NCBI GenBank assembly: GCA_003151535.1
Contig: PLXT01000115.1
Location: 33,941 to 97,940 of the forward strand
DNA: 64,000 bases
Reading direction: 5' to 3'
Origin: Methanobacterium sp.
Lineage (GTDB): Archaea > Methanobacteriota > Methanobacteria > Methanobacteriales > Methanobacteriaceae
The translations under genes and the position numbers were made by a program. The notes below the pieces were generated by a model. It did not search any database and was not told the DNA's origin. It saw only the letters and a list, made by a program, of their open reading frames with translations. This document shows, piece by piece, positions 1 to 9,575 of this stretch. How positions within the stretch are numbered: position 1 is the first letter of the stretch; every line of letters begins with the position of its first letter.

Positions 1-34
1 ATAGGCTTAATGAAATAATGTATATAAGTCTCAT
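1..34 (-). CDS. 5' end (start codon plus about 10 signal-peptide codons, MRLIYIISLSL) of a paralogue of gene 291..563; the body lies off-window
   Basis: nt 1-45 are a near-exact direct repeat of nt 531-575, which contain the start codon and N-terminal codons of 291..563. Confidence 0.35.
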   Translation of the reverse strand, partial: MRLIYIISLSL

Positions 35-45
35 GATATTATGTT

Positions 46-285
46 TTATTTATACAAATCTAGCCAAAAATCATGTGAAGTTTCCCAATGATCTGGGAAG
101 TCGCCAGTAAATTGACCTACTGTTCTTTCATCTACTTCAATCCAATCGGATGTCTCCCATCTTTCATCATATCCAGAATCGTTATACTCCTGTAAAATAT
201 AATGTCTATTACGAGATTTTACGTAAAAACCATAAACCCATTGGTTATTATCTTTACTTTTGCCTCTAAATTTAATAGCTATCAC
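46..285 (-). CDS. hypothetical protein (79 aa)
   Basis: ORF in co-directional dense array; Trp/Asp-rich; no recognisable motif. Confidence 0.4.
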   Translation of the reverse strand: MIAIKFRGKSKDNNQWVYGFYVKSRNRHYILQEYNDSGYDERWETSDWIEVDERTVGQFTGDFPDHWETSHDFWLDLYK

Positions 286-290
286 AATAT

Positions 291-563
291 TTAATTTGAT
301 TTTTCATATGCGTCATATGCGTCATATGCTTCACAAGGTTCAATCGCAAATTGAATAGGGGTATTAACCTTTACCCCATACAGACTTAACCCAGTTCTTT
401 TTCTAATACTACCGTCATCGCATTTTATGGTGGTCTCATGGTATACACCATCATTTTTAGTGTATATAATATCGTGACCCACAACGATACCTGTTATAAC
501 CTTGTACTTACCACAATTACAGCCCCATAATAGGCTTAATAAAATAATGTATATAAGTCTCAT
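291..563 (-). CDS. small secreted/lipoprotein-like protein with C-terminal (AYD)3 repeat
   Basis: N-terminal hydrophobic signal (MRLIYIILLSLLWGCNCG); 9-bp tandem repeat catatgcgt x3 at 303-330 encodes AYDAYDAYE; TAA stop. Confidence 0.5.
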   Translation of the reverse strand: MRLIYIILLSLLWGCNCGKYKVITGIVVGHDIIYTKNDGVYHETTIKCDDGSIRKRTGLSLYGVKVNTPIQFAIEPCEAYDAYDAYEKSN

Positions 564-582
564 GATATTATGTTAAAGGGCT

Positions 583-612
583 AAAATAGCCCCAGAATAA
601 CTCTGGGGCATG
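583..612 (-). terminator. rho-independent terminator downstream of 616..951
   Basis: perfect 7-bp stem GCCCCAG/CTGGGGC (nt 590-610), followed on the minus strand by a U-rich tract. Confidence 0.5.
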
Positions 613-615
613 GTT

Positions 616-951
616 TTATTTATTCATACATTCTTGCAAAAAAGCGGCCATATCAATATCTTCGATTTTATTCTTATCGAAGTTGGCAAATGATTGTCTA
701 ACATTGGCTTCAATAGCAGCCTTATCATCCTTACTGGCTGTTACCCACTCATGATGACGATTAACCAATTCCTGCCTTTTGCCTTCCACGTATGATTGTG
801 TTTGTTCGAACACATGACGCTCAGCATTTTGCTGGGCTTTGCCTACCGTGTTGGTGTAACCAACGTTTATCCAACCCATGCCGAATCCAAGTCCTATAAA
901 AGCGGCGATTCCAAGAATAAAAATTCCAATAATTGCAAATGTTTGTTTCAT
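616..951 (-). CDS. membrane-anchored protein (N-terminal TM helix, charged C-terminal domain)
   Basis: hydrophobic N-terminus FAIIGIFILGIAAFIGLGFGMGW, then a helical charged region. Confidence 0.45.
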   Translation of the reverse strand: MKQTFAIIGIFILGIAAFIGLGFGMGWINVGYTNTVGKAQQNAERHVFEQTQSYVEGKRQELVNRHHEWVTASKDDKAAIEANVRQSFANFDKNKIEDIDMAAFLQECMNK

Positions 952-1169
952 ATTTATTTTTTTTTTAATCTAAAAGCAAATAGATCTTTCTCTTATTCCT
1001 CTGTTACTACAACACAATATTTCTTTGGTACTTTTACGATATAAGACCCCATTCTGCTACAGAACAATCCTTTATAATGTTTTTTAAGTTCTTTAACGTC
1101 TTGTAGTACTGTACCTTCAAATAGATAACTGTCAACATCGTAATCTTCCTTGAGTCTTACTTTCATATA

Positions 1170-1685
1170 CTAATTTATTACCAAAGGGAAAGGGCTTACA
1201 ATAACTCGTGGTTCAATATAGACAGGGTGAGGTTCGTTATTTTTATCCAATAGCATTACCCATGTACCTTCTGCAGTTGCTGGCATAAATAAACCATTGG
1301 GTTCAGCTTGGGGTAATGAACCGAAACCGCGCTGATAGCCTCCTCCGTATACTTCTTTTTCTGGGTTTGAGTATTGGGTCGCATATGGTATACCATAACC
1401 CATACATTTTCCTAAAAATACCAGCTTGCCTTGCATTTCATTATAGAGGTATGCGTAGTTAATGATTTTCTCATCGTCTCGCAATTCGTAAATCATTTTC
1501 AATAATTTCTTTTCTTGAAAATTTAAAATTGCTGGCATACCTGCTTGACGCTGCGCTTGCTGAAGCGCTTGTTCCTGTTTTTGTTGATCTATTTCATCTG
1601 CCGATTGGGTGGTGACATTATTACAAGCAGTAAAAATAAAGGTCATTACAAATATACCGATAAAAAGAAATCTTGACTTTTTCAT
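1170..1685 (-). CDS. lipoprotein (171 aa)
   Basis: signal peptide plus lipobox-like MKKSRFLFIGIFVMTFIFTAC; TAG stop. Confidence 0.55.
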   Translation of the reverse strand: MKKSRFLFIGIFVMTFIFTACNNVTTQSADEIDQQKQEQALQQAQRQAGMPAILNFQEKKLLKMIYELRDDEKIINYAYLYNEMQGKLVFLGKCMGYGIPYATQYSNPEKEVYGGGYQRGFGSLPQAEPNGLFMPATAEGTWVMLLDKNNEPHPVYIEPRVIVSPFPLVIN

Positions 1686-1912
1686 TTATTTTTTGGTTTA
1701 AATTTGAATCACAAAGATATGTGAAATTAGTATAACCTCCAAGTTTATGTTATGAATATTTTAATCCTATATAAACTGCGTATAGCGAACATAAAAAGAC
1801 AGTTACACTGCCATGTGATCCCCAAATTAAATCCACTATTGAAACTATCCCTAACACATGTATTGCTCTAATATTCATAAAATTAATTTATCGCGGTTCT
1901 AGAGAAAGAGTT

Positions 1913-2095
1913 TCATTTTCTTACCATAGTAAGAACGTTTTTATTAGTACCCATAACCACTCTAATAATATATTTATGCATGTACCGAGTGGCCCCATTA
2001 TTATATCTATTGGCACCGCGCAACCATTTTAAAGAAACCATAATAGGCTTTCCTTCGTTAAATGTAACTGGTATATTAGGAGTGTGAATGTTCAT
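1913..2095 (-). CDS. hypothetical protein (60 aa)
   Basis: ORF only; abuts neighbouring ORF. Confidence 0.3.
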   Translation of the reverse strand: MNIHTPNIPVTFNEGKPIMVSLKWLRGANRYNNGATRYMHKYIIRVVMGTNKNVLTMVRK

Positions 2096-2388
2096 TTTCT
2101 TCTTACTACGTTAATTGTGGGATTAGTAACCGCTCCTGATCTTTCCATTATTAACCCATTTTTATTTAAACAAGCGTACAGATCAGTTGATGACAATTTA
2201 CCAAATGGATTAGTGTGAATTTCTTTAACCAAATCTTCTATAGCGCTTTTAAACGATTCATCTTTATCAGCAGATATCGATTCAAGGGCTTCGATGTATT
2301 TTGTGATCTTTTTATAGTCAGTCAATTTAAGGGTCACTGTAGCTTCAATGCTATCTAGGAAGTTATCTTTACTCATCTCTCCACTCAA
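2092..2388 (-). CDS. hypothetical protein (98 aa)
   Basis: ORF with 4-nt overlap to neighbours (operon-like). Confidence 0.4.
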   Translation of the reverse strand: MSGEMSKDNFLDSIEATVTLKLTDYKKITKYIEALESISADKDESFKSAIEDLVKEIHTNPFGKLSSTDLYACLNKNGLIMERSGAVTNPTINVVRRK

Positions 2389-2881
2389 TTTTTGGACAAT
2401 ACTTATTATATTTAGCTTTAATGAATTCTATTGTAAGGTTTGGTGTCTGAACATAGCTTTTTCTTTTGCGATTTTTAAAATGTTCTATAACTCTAGCAAC
2501 TGACCAAAATAAAAGAATTATTACGCCCATTAGAGCTTCAGCAATCCCAACAGTCATTAACGCTACTAGAGGGGAGTTTTTTGGGAAGTGAATGAATATT
2601 CCCGTAGCACTTACCAATAAGCAAATCGCACCCCAAAGCACAGCCCAAACTGCGATTCCTCTAAAAAATCTAGTACCTGTATCTTCATAGTTGAAATCAT
2701 CTTCACCCGTAAATTTATCCACAATAAGTAAACTTACAGTGACCAAGAAATATGGTACTATAAAAATATACATAATTATAGACTTCCAAAAATATGGGCA
2801 TAAGTTGGTTGGCAGATAGGTGCTATAAAACCATTTGTACAATCTTGCCGATACTGATTTTGCGCTGGGTGTAAGTGTCAT
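2369..2881 (-). CDS. integral membrane protein (about 4 TM helices)
   Basis: multiple hydrophobic segments. Confidence 0.45.
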   Translation of the reverse strand: MTLTPSAKSVSARLYKWFYSTYLPTNLCPYFWKSIIMYIFIVPYFLVTVSLLIVDKFTGEDDFNYEDTGTRFFRGIAVWAVLWGAICLLVSATGIFIHFPKNSPLVALMTVGIAEALMGVIILLFWSVARVIEHFKNRKRKSYVQTPNLTIEFIKAKYNKYCPKIEWRDE

Positions 2882-3117
2882 CTTTTTATTTCTTTATTTG
2901 ATAGTTTAATAAGTTCTTCGAAGTTTACATGAGGGTTAAAAAGGATAATACCATCCACTTTAAATCCTTCCATAATTTCATGCTTTACCGCCGCTTCAAA
3001 CGCTGCATAACAAGTTTTCATAATCTCGTCATCCAGCATATATTCACTCAGGTACCACTTTCTTCCACGCCATTCATCATCATGATCATCTTTGGTGCAA
3101 GGGCATGCGAATTGCAT
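2878..3117 (-). CDS. hypothetical protein (79 aa); overlaps the 3' end of tnpB by about 70 nt
   Basis: ORF; the overlap makes its first codons or the tnpB tail uncertain. Confidence 0.3.
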   Translation of the reverse strand: MQFACPCTKDDHDDEWRGRKWYLSEYMLDDEIMKTCYAAFEAAVKHEIMEGFKVDGIILFNPHVNFEELIKLSNKEIKR

Positions 3118-4358
3118 TTGTATGTATACCCTAGATCCATTAATCTTGTCTGTCCCAATGAACTACCCACCCACACCAAAGGCGATGGATGAGCTTCGGG
3201 TTTCATAGAGTATGCTTTGTCACCAAAGTCTGATTTCCTCTCCACCTTTGTAATCGCCAGTTCCTGACGATATATTTTTAATCCTTCTTTAAGAATGTTC
3301 TTTGCAGCGTTTAAATCACGGTCTAATATGTGTCCGTTTTTACAAGTCCATTCTCTTATTGAAAGATTTAAGTCTTGATTTACCCAACCACACTCACAAC
3401 AGGTTTTAGAACTTGGATACCAGCGATTGATTTTAACAATTTGTTTGTCGTTCCAATCTGCCTTGTATTCCAATAGCCTTACAAAAGTTCCCCAACTTGC
3501 ATCTGATATGTGTTTGGCAAGTTTATGGTTCTTGACCATTCCTTTTACATTCAAATCTTCTAATGCAATTATATCGTAATCAGTTACTAATTTGTGAGAC
3601 ACTTTATGCAAGTTATCCATTCGTGAGTTGGTTATCTTTTCGTGAATTAAGGCTGTTTTTCGTCTTTGTTTTTCAAACGAATTACTACCTTTTCTTTTAC
3701 GAGAAAGATGTTTTTGTGCTTTTGCTAACTTTCTTTCATATTGTTTTGTGTATTTGTTGTTTTTAAATTTTATTCCATCAGATGTTATTGCGAAATCTTT
3801 TAATCCTAAGTCAATTCCACATACAGCACCAGTCTTTTCTTTTGGTTGATACTGTTCTTCGCAAAGAATAGACACAAAATATTTACCTGTTGGTGTTTTG
3901 CTCAAAGTACACTTTCCTATTTCGCCTTTTACTTCACGATGAACATTCACCTTTATTCCTTCTTTAAACTTTGGTGCGTAAAATTTATCTGCTTCCAGTT
4001 TTGCAAATTGTGGGACAGTAAATGTATTCTTCTTTTTCCTCGATTTAAATCTTGGGAACTTTGCATTTCCACGAAAAAAGTTCACGTAGGCAGTATCCAA
4101 ACATCTTAAAGCAAATTGTAATGATTGGCTATTAACTTCTTTAAGCCAAATAGTTTTATCTTTTCTTTTTAATTCTGTTAAAGTCGCTGCTTGTGCATAG
4201 TAATTATCAGACTTTTCATCTGCTTGATACTGTTCTTTACGCTCATTCAGAAAATGATTATAGACAAATCGGATACATCCAAAATACTTATCCAACAGCG
4301 TTTTCTGCTCTTGGTTTGGCATTAATTCAAATTGATATGTCCGAAATATTGTCTTCAT
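3048..4358 (-). CDS. tnpB: IS200/IS605-family transposase accessory protein TnpB (OrfB, RuvC-like RNA-guided nuclease family)
   Basis: RuvC motifs CGIDLG, ALEDL and RDLNAAKNIL; zinc finger CCECGW...CKNGH; HTH-like N-terminus; long C-terminal tail may be read-through into the RNA region. Confidence 0.85.
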   Translation of the reverse strand: MKTIFRTYQFELMPNQEQKTLLDKYFGCIRFVYNHFLNERKEQYQADEKSDNYYAQAATLTELKRKDKTIWLKEVNSQSLQFALRCLDTAYVNFFRGNAKFPRFKSRKKKNTFTVPQFAKLEADKFYAPKFKEGIKVNVHREVKGEIGKCTLSKTPTGKYFVSILCEEQYQPKEKTGAVCGIDLGLKDFAITSDGIKFKNNKYTKQYERKLAKAQKHLSRKRKGSNSFEKQRRKTALIHEKITNSRMDNLHKVSHKLVTDYDIIALEDLNVKGMVKNHKLAKHISDASWGTFVRLLEYKADWNDKQIVKINRWYPSSKTCCECGWVNQDLNLSIREWTCKNGHILDRDLNAAKNILKEGLKIYRQELAITKVERKSDFGDKAYSMKPEAHPSPLVWVGSSLGQTRLMDLGYTYKCNSHALAPKMIMMMNGVEESGT

Positions 4359-4552
4359 TCTTACTATTAAATAGTTTTGAGTTATGCAAAGATACTACTT
4401 TTTGTAAATCCGCTATATCCCTCGTTTGTCTATTGCTCAAATTATCCGTGGGTTAAAACAAGAATCCACACGTCAAATTTAGTTATTACACCCATCTACG
4501 CTTCGTAAGCAATATTGGTATCAGAAGCTACTTTGGTCAGATGGCTACTTCG
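3048..4552 (-). mobile_element. IS200/IS605-family element carrying only tnpB (IS1341-like), approximate ends
   Basis: tnpB without a Y1 tnpA; structured GC-richer 3' segment (about 3140-3250) where an omega/re RNA would map; sub-terminal hairpin-like sequence at 4425-4452; ends not determined. Confidence 0.45.
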
Positions 4553-4780
<228 letters not shown>

Positions 4781-4798
4781 GATTTTAAATATATTAGT

Positions 4799-5008
4799 CT
4801 ACTTATGTTGAAGAATATATACGATACTACCATATCTACTAGTACTAGAACCACTTGTAGTATGAGGAACGGTAACATTATATACAACATAACCATCATT
4901 TAAATAACGTTCCAACTCTATTAATTTTTTCTCGGGTTCGTATTCATCAAAGTTTACCCTAATCACTTTATACATTTTTTTTACGTTTAATATAGTTAAA
5001 GACTTCAA
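4799..5008 (-). CDS. hypothetical protein (69 aa)
   Basis: ORF only. Confidence 0.35.
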   Translation of the reverse strand: MKSLTILNVKKMYKVIRVNFDEYEPEKKLIELERYLNDGYVVYNVTVPHTTSGSSTSRYGSIVYILQHK

Positions 5009-5213
5009 GATAAACTGCTCTTATAGCCCCGATTAAGACAAAAATTGCTATTGAGTAAATTATTGCGAGAAATACAATTCTTGAATAATTAACTATTGCC
5101 CATAGTACTCCACATAAAAATGCAATAAATAATATTACTATGAGAATTGTCCAAATTATCGCCTTAAATCTTATTTTGAGGAGTTTATTTTCCATTTTTA
5201 TTATGTTTATCAT
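4968..5213 (-). CDS. small membrane protein (81 aa)
   Basis: two hydrophobic helices. Confidence 0.35.
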   Translation of the reverse strand: MINIIKMENKLLKIRFKAIIWTILIVILFIAFLCGVLWAIVNYSRIVFLAIIYSIAIFVLIGAIRAVYLEVFNYIKRKKNV

Positions 5214-5469
5214 CTTTAAAAATACAATACAAGTCTTGCGTTGTTACGAATTCACGTATCCTAATAACATGTTGCCAATTATTCTCACCACTTGGTGTAT
5301 ACAAGCAATATGGACCTTGTCTCCAATTTTCGAAAGCTATGATCTCTTGGATGGTGTTCATATTCATGGCCTCCAGTATCCTATCCAAGCTGGGATTTAA
5401 AGTAATTGCTAACTGAAGTTCATCTAAATCAGTATCAAATACCTGCATTAATATATCTTCAGGTGTCAT
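5185..5469 (-). CDS. hypothetical protein (94 aa)
   Basis: ORF with 4-nt overlap to the next gene. Confidence 0.4.
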   Translation of the reverse strand: MTPEDILMQVFDTDLDELQLAITLNPSLDRILEAMNMNTIQEIIAFENWRQGPYCLYTPSGENNWQHVIRIREFVTTQDLYCIFKDDKHNKNGK

Positions 5470-5711
5470 AACTTACTAGCGATTAAATTAATTATTTCTT
5501 CGTCTTGTTTGGATAAAGAATAACTACCTTGTAATAATTTAACAAGACTCTTTTGAAACTTTTGACTATCATAACCTCTTTCACTGTTAAGTATCAAAGT
5601 CGAAGGGTCGTATCCGTCCTGACTTAATACCTCCAATAATTTTAGCTTTTCACGTGTATTACATGCAGATACAAATTCGTCTATGTTAATATCAATATCA
5701 ATGTTTGGCAT
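5466..5711 (-). CDS. hypothetical protein (81 aa)
   Basis: ORF only. Confidence 0.4.
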   Translation of the reverse strand: MPNIDIDINIDEFVSACNTREKLKLLEVLSQDGYDPSTLILNSERGYDSQKFQKSLVKLLQGSYSLSKQDEEIINLIASKL

Positions 5712-5721
5712 ATTCTTAATG

Positions 5722-6024
5722 TTATGGCTTAGCGAATGTTACATACACTAGGCTATCGTACTTATTTGTGTAGTAGCCAACGCTGTCTAACAATCGTTTT
5801 TCTGTTTTTGGGTCGGAAGCTTTTTTATATAAAATAGCAAAATGATTAAATCTTGATATATAATAAGCCAATTCTTTTTGCCTCTTTAATTTTAAAGTGT
5901 CTTGTGAAGGTATCGTTTGTGATTTCGATACAACTGAAATCAATAAAAAAACAACTCCAATTATTAACGTTCTTGCCACCATCGTATAAATTATTTGATA
6001 ATATCGTAACCGTGTTGTGCCCAA
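5722..6024 (-). CDS. membrane-anchored protein (100 aa)
   Basis: N-terminal TM segment. Confidence 0.4.
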   Translation of the reverse strand: MGTTRLRYYQIIYTMVARTLIIGVVFLLISVVSKSQTIPSQDTLKLKRQKELAYYISRFNHFAILYKKASDPKTEKRLLDSVGYYTNKYDSLVYVTFAKP

Positions 6025-6311
6025 AATTTATATGCATTATATCTAGCAGTGATCATTTCATCCTGAGCAACAGGATTTGCACTGTGTATAAGAATTTGTG
6101 GTATTGGTCTGATTGTATTATTATAGGCTTGTTCTTCAATCCATTTTAATACCTCACGACCTTCTAGGAAACCCTCCCCCAAATCATTATCCAATGAAAC
6201 ACATTGAACTTGCCCATCATTCTGAAGTATAAGTTCAATGGTTTCTTCAACCGTATATGTTCTTATGTAATCATCTGGCGTTGGCCGTGTATCGTCAAGA
6301 TATATTCTCAC
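5991..6311 (-). CDS. hypothetical protein (106 aa)
   Basis: ORF only. Confidence 0.4.
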   Translation of the reverse strand: MRIYLDDTRPTPDDYIRTYTVEETIELILQNDGQVQCVSLDNDLGEGFLEGREVLKWIEEQAYNNTIRPIPQILIHSANPVAQDEMITARYNAYKFWAQHGYDIIK

Positions 6312-6847
6312 TGAGAATCATATGATGACGACGAATCTGAAGATGAATCTGAAGACGAATCATCGTTGCTCTGTGTATCGTTGCTCTGTGTATCGTTGCT
6401 CTGTGTATCGCTTTGCACATTGTCTTGTACATCGCTATCTTGTGTAATAACGTCAGAGCTATCTAAATTATTTTGATTTATCTCATCGGCTAATATGCTA
6501 CCAATCTCAGCGCCCAATAAATTACCACCAATTAAGGCACCTGAGTCAACACCAAGAGTTGCGCCCAATATCGCGCTAGTTACAAAATCGCCGCTATTAT
6601 CCTCTTCCAAAATAGGTCTGGGTCTACCATAAACAAAATTATTGATATTATCTTGACCATAAATAATTGCATGGTGATATGGCATATCAGCATGTGGTAT
6701 ATCGGCACGTAGATGTGATTCAGGTATTACAGATACGGGTGTGTTATGAATATCTGGGTAGTGAGTAGGTGTAGTACTTTCTATAGAAAGCTTTTGATCC
6801 TGAACGGGAATATTTTTTTTCTTGCGACGAAACCAATTAAATAACAT
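6308..6847 (-). CDS. protein with Ser/Asp/Thr/Gln-rich low-complexity C-terminus (SDTQSND and SSSD repeats)
   Basis: 15-bp tandem repeat atcgttgctctgtgt x3 (6362-6406) plus 12-bp imperfect repeats lie inside the ORF. Confidence 0.45.
   Translation of the reverse strand: MLFNWFRRKKKNIPVQDQKLSIESTTPTHYPDIHNTPVSVIPESHLRADIPHADMPYHHAIIYGQDNINNFVYGRPRPILEEDNSGDFVTSAILGATLGVDSGALIGGNLLGAEIGSILADEINQNNLDSSDVITQDSDVQDNVQSDTQSNDTQSNDTQSNDDSSSDSSSDSSSSYDSQ
6362..6410. repeat. 15-bp tandem repeat x3 (coding, in 6308..6847)
   Basis: direct reading of sequence. Confidence 0.85.
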
Positions 6848-6900
6848 ACAATATATTTTTTGTAATCAAACTTACAAAAAAATTGTTATAAAACAAATTT

Positions 6901-7203
6901 CTAGTGAAGAAATGTCATTTTAAATAGCCATCCCAATAGCAGTGTAATCCATGGCCCTATGATGAGCATAAAGGTTTCAAGATTAACGTCTCGGTATTCC
7001 CTTTTAACAGTTAAACTGGAACTTCTGAATATACAAGATAAAAATAAAAAAATACCAATGAATTGGATAACACTAAAAAAAGGAAACATGGGGAAAAGAG
7101 GCATTATAAACCAAGTATAGAATTTAAACGTTACATAGCCCCATGAAAATGAACCATATACTAAAATAGCTAAAAAGATAATGATTCCGATAATTACTGT
7201 CAT
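6901..7203 (-). CDS. integral membrane protein (100 aa)
   Basis: 3 hydrophobic helices. Confidence 0.4.
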   Translation of the reverse strand: MTVIIGIIIFLAILVYGSFSWGYVTFKFYTWFIMPLFPMFPFFSVIQFIGIFLFLSCIFRSSSLTVKREYRDVNLETFMLIIGPWITLLLGWLFKMTFLH

Positions 7204-8054
7204 TATTTCATTTTTATAACAAAGATTATTCTATCGAAGCTATCTTTAATATTATCACTACATAATTGATGAAACCTTACTATTGAATGAAACTCCAAAT
7301 AACGAGTTTTTAAAATCCTACTTTCACGTAGTTCATCATCCAAATACACTGTTAAATCCATCCTCTGGTCACGATTTTTTAAAAATCTTTCGGCAGAAGA
7401 TGTATCCTCGCTTGTTAATATTTTTATTCTTATTATTACAATTTTGAGATCGCTTTACGTTTAGACAACACAACCCATCCCCAAAGGTTGTTGTTTCTTA
7501 CAATGGCTACATTCATGTAAGTTGCTATAACAAATCATCTCACCTTCTTTTGGATTTGGCTGTGGACTTTTATCAATATTAATCCATTTATGAAGACCAA
7601 AATAACATTTGAGTTTAATTATAAAATTATTCATAATAAAAATTTTTTCCTACAGCACTTTTATTATTTAAAGTTGTTTCAATGTTTAAGCAAATTAAAA
7701 TACCTGTCGCACCACTACCAATAGTGCAAATACTGTTAGCCTTAGGTTATCCTAGAGTAAGGCATAATGTAATATCTCTAGCCTAGATTTACCATTTATA
7801 TGGTATCTGTCCACAAACAACTTCATTGGTGTGAATAGCAATAAAGGATAGATTATTATCCTGACCCACGACATTTATAGTGGTACGATGTTACTTCACC
7901 GTATTTATTGCTTGTTTGCTTATCAGCAGGTATTTTAAAGAACTTTAAAATTTGATTGTGAATTAGCTGTGCATTCTTTTGTACACACCCCCATGTATAT
8001 CTGGGCTACTTCCAGCGGATTATGCTCATCCTTTTAACTCACAATCGTTAAATG
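7204..8054. other. about 850 bp without any ORF of 60 aa or more; contains a short gene remnant with a GxGxxG dinucleotide-binding-like N-terminus on the minus strand (about 7628-7760)
   Basis: minus-strand translation gives IGSGATGILICLNIETTLNNKSAVGKNFYYE without a Met and bounded by stops. Confidence 0.3.
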
Positions 8055-8854
8055 TTATTTATTTTTAAAAATTTCAAACCACCTTGTTTTTAATAAGGAA
8101 ACATATATATCTGGTGAAAGCCCATATGGACCTATACTCCACATATCCTGAGCTTCTATCAATTCAGTAGTACGCTTAACGCCAAATGTTCCACCTATTG
8201 TGTATGTCTGACGTGTTACAGCAAAATCCAATGAATAAGCATAAGGTGCTGATCTGAAATCCGAAATCGCGCTTTCTATAATTTCTATTTTTGGAAAAAT
8301 AGTATGATCACCTTGATAGTGTTTAATTCCTACCAATTCTCCTTTCTTCACAAAGCATCGATATTCACTCAGCATGTCTACTACTTCAGAAGTCATTACG
8401 ATCATATCTTGATCCAAAGGCTTGTTATCATATGTAGTATTAAACAACTCCTTTCGTGAAGAAGCGTTTCTTATTACACCAGAAGGAAACCCCTTGAACT
8501 TAGAATGTGGTTTCACAAAAACTGGAAGTGTAGTTTCTTTCTTAAACTCACTCAACGGCTTATACTCAAAACTTCTATGGACATAGCTTTCTAATTCTCT
8601 CGGAATATCTATTGGTGTTGGAACTTCAATCCCACAATTAGAAAGAAATCGAGATGTTTCTTCAACATATGCAATAACAATTGGTGGGTGACCTTCCGCA
8701 TCTTTGTTTGTGGTATTTCATCTATATTTTCTCCTTCAAAAAAGAATATGTCACTCCCTAATTGAGAAAACCCATAAAACGCAGTGGACATAATATCGCT
8801 AGGAAATTGCTTTCCATATGATGCTGTCTTTTCTTGTTGAATATAAACTCGCAT
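8055..8854 (-). CDS. ATP-grasp family enzyme (RimK/glutathione-synthetase-like), apparently interrupted by a frameshift (ORFs 8609..8854 and 8055..8555)
   Basis: motifs LPVFVKPHSKFKGFPSGV and EYRCFVKKGELVGI; the upstream ORF continues in another frame with about 100 nt where both frames are open (8612-8715); the 8055..8555 ORF starts at TTG only because of the break. Confidence 0.45.
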
Positions 8855-8892
8855 AACTACTCGCTTAAATGTTTTGGTAACTATATACTTAT

Positions 8893-9525
8893 TTACCCTT
8901 GAATAAATGTTTCACCAATATACTTCGTGTACGCAGGTGGTATGCATTCTTTCAGTCCATTAAAATCCATCCAATCTATACCGTATGCTTGTATTGAATT
9001 TTTGACAGTCTTAGGCTGCATACCTAACTTAAACCTCTTCTCCCTACTTGCTTTACTTGCTGTCGTTACGAGTAATGGTAATTCTGAATGGTTGCAAATA
9101 CTTGGTGCTGATATTTTAAAATTGCACTCAAAGAATCTATGCCTTTGCGTTCTAAGCCCGAACATTGAGCCACAAAGCATTATTGGATTTATTAACTCTT
9201 TTTTTGCGCCTGCGACATTTTCAATGCAAAAAGGTTTTTTCAACTTTATAAGCTCATCCCGTATTATGCTTATCAATTTTTCGTGATTTCCCTTATGCGC
9301 TGTCGGTGTTAAATTGCTATATCCTTGACAAGGTGGTGATGCGTGTATGAAATCGAATAAATGACCATTCTCATGGAGATATTGTACAGCATCTGCCTGT
9401 ATAAACGGGAAAGGATATTTAGGCTGTGGATGTAAGTCAATTCCCAAAATATCAAATCCTGCTAAATTATAGCCCATACCCGCACCACCTTGACAGCAAA
9501 ACAAATCTAAAAGTTTCATTTTCAT
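8893..9525 (-). CDS. short DNA (cytosine-5) methyltransferase-like protein (210 aa)
   Basis: motif I DLFCCQGGAGMG, motif IV PPCQ, ENV motif CIENVAG; truncated relative to typical Dcm enzymes. Confidence 0.6.
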   Translation of the reverse strand: MKMKLLDLFCCQGGAGMGYNLAGFDILGIDLHPQPKYPFPFIQADAVQYLHENGHLFDFIHASPPCQGYSNLTPTAHKGNHEKLISIIRDELIKLKKPFCIENVAGAKKELINPIMLCGSMFGLRTQRHRFFECNFKISAPSICNHSELPLLVTTASKASREKRFKLGMQPKTVKNSIQAYGIDWMDFNGLKECIPPAYTKYIGETFIQG

Positions 9526-9575
9526 ATTTTATAATTTTACTTTTTAGGGTGAATAGGTATATAGTTACCAATGTT

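Noticed and set aside
796-1044. Numerous other plus-strand ORFs of 60-120 aa, for example 796..1044, 2929..3192, 3563..3766, 3846..4109, 9426..9644, 14553..14906, 19101..19594, 36013..36529, 37335..37621, 38588..38974 and 44650..44877
   Set aside because: Each is antisense to a longer minus-strand gene with recognisable domains or to the co-directional gene array. They have low-complexity, Leu/Phe/Ser-rich composition typical of AT-rich antisense frames.
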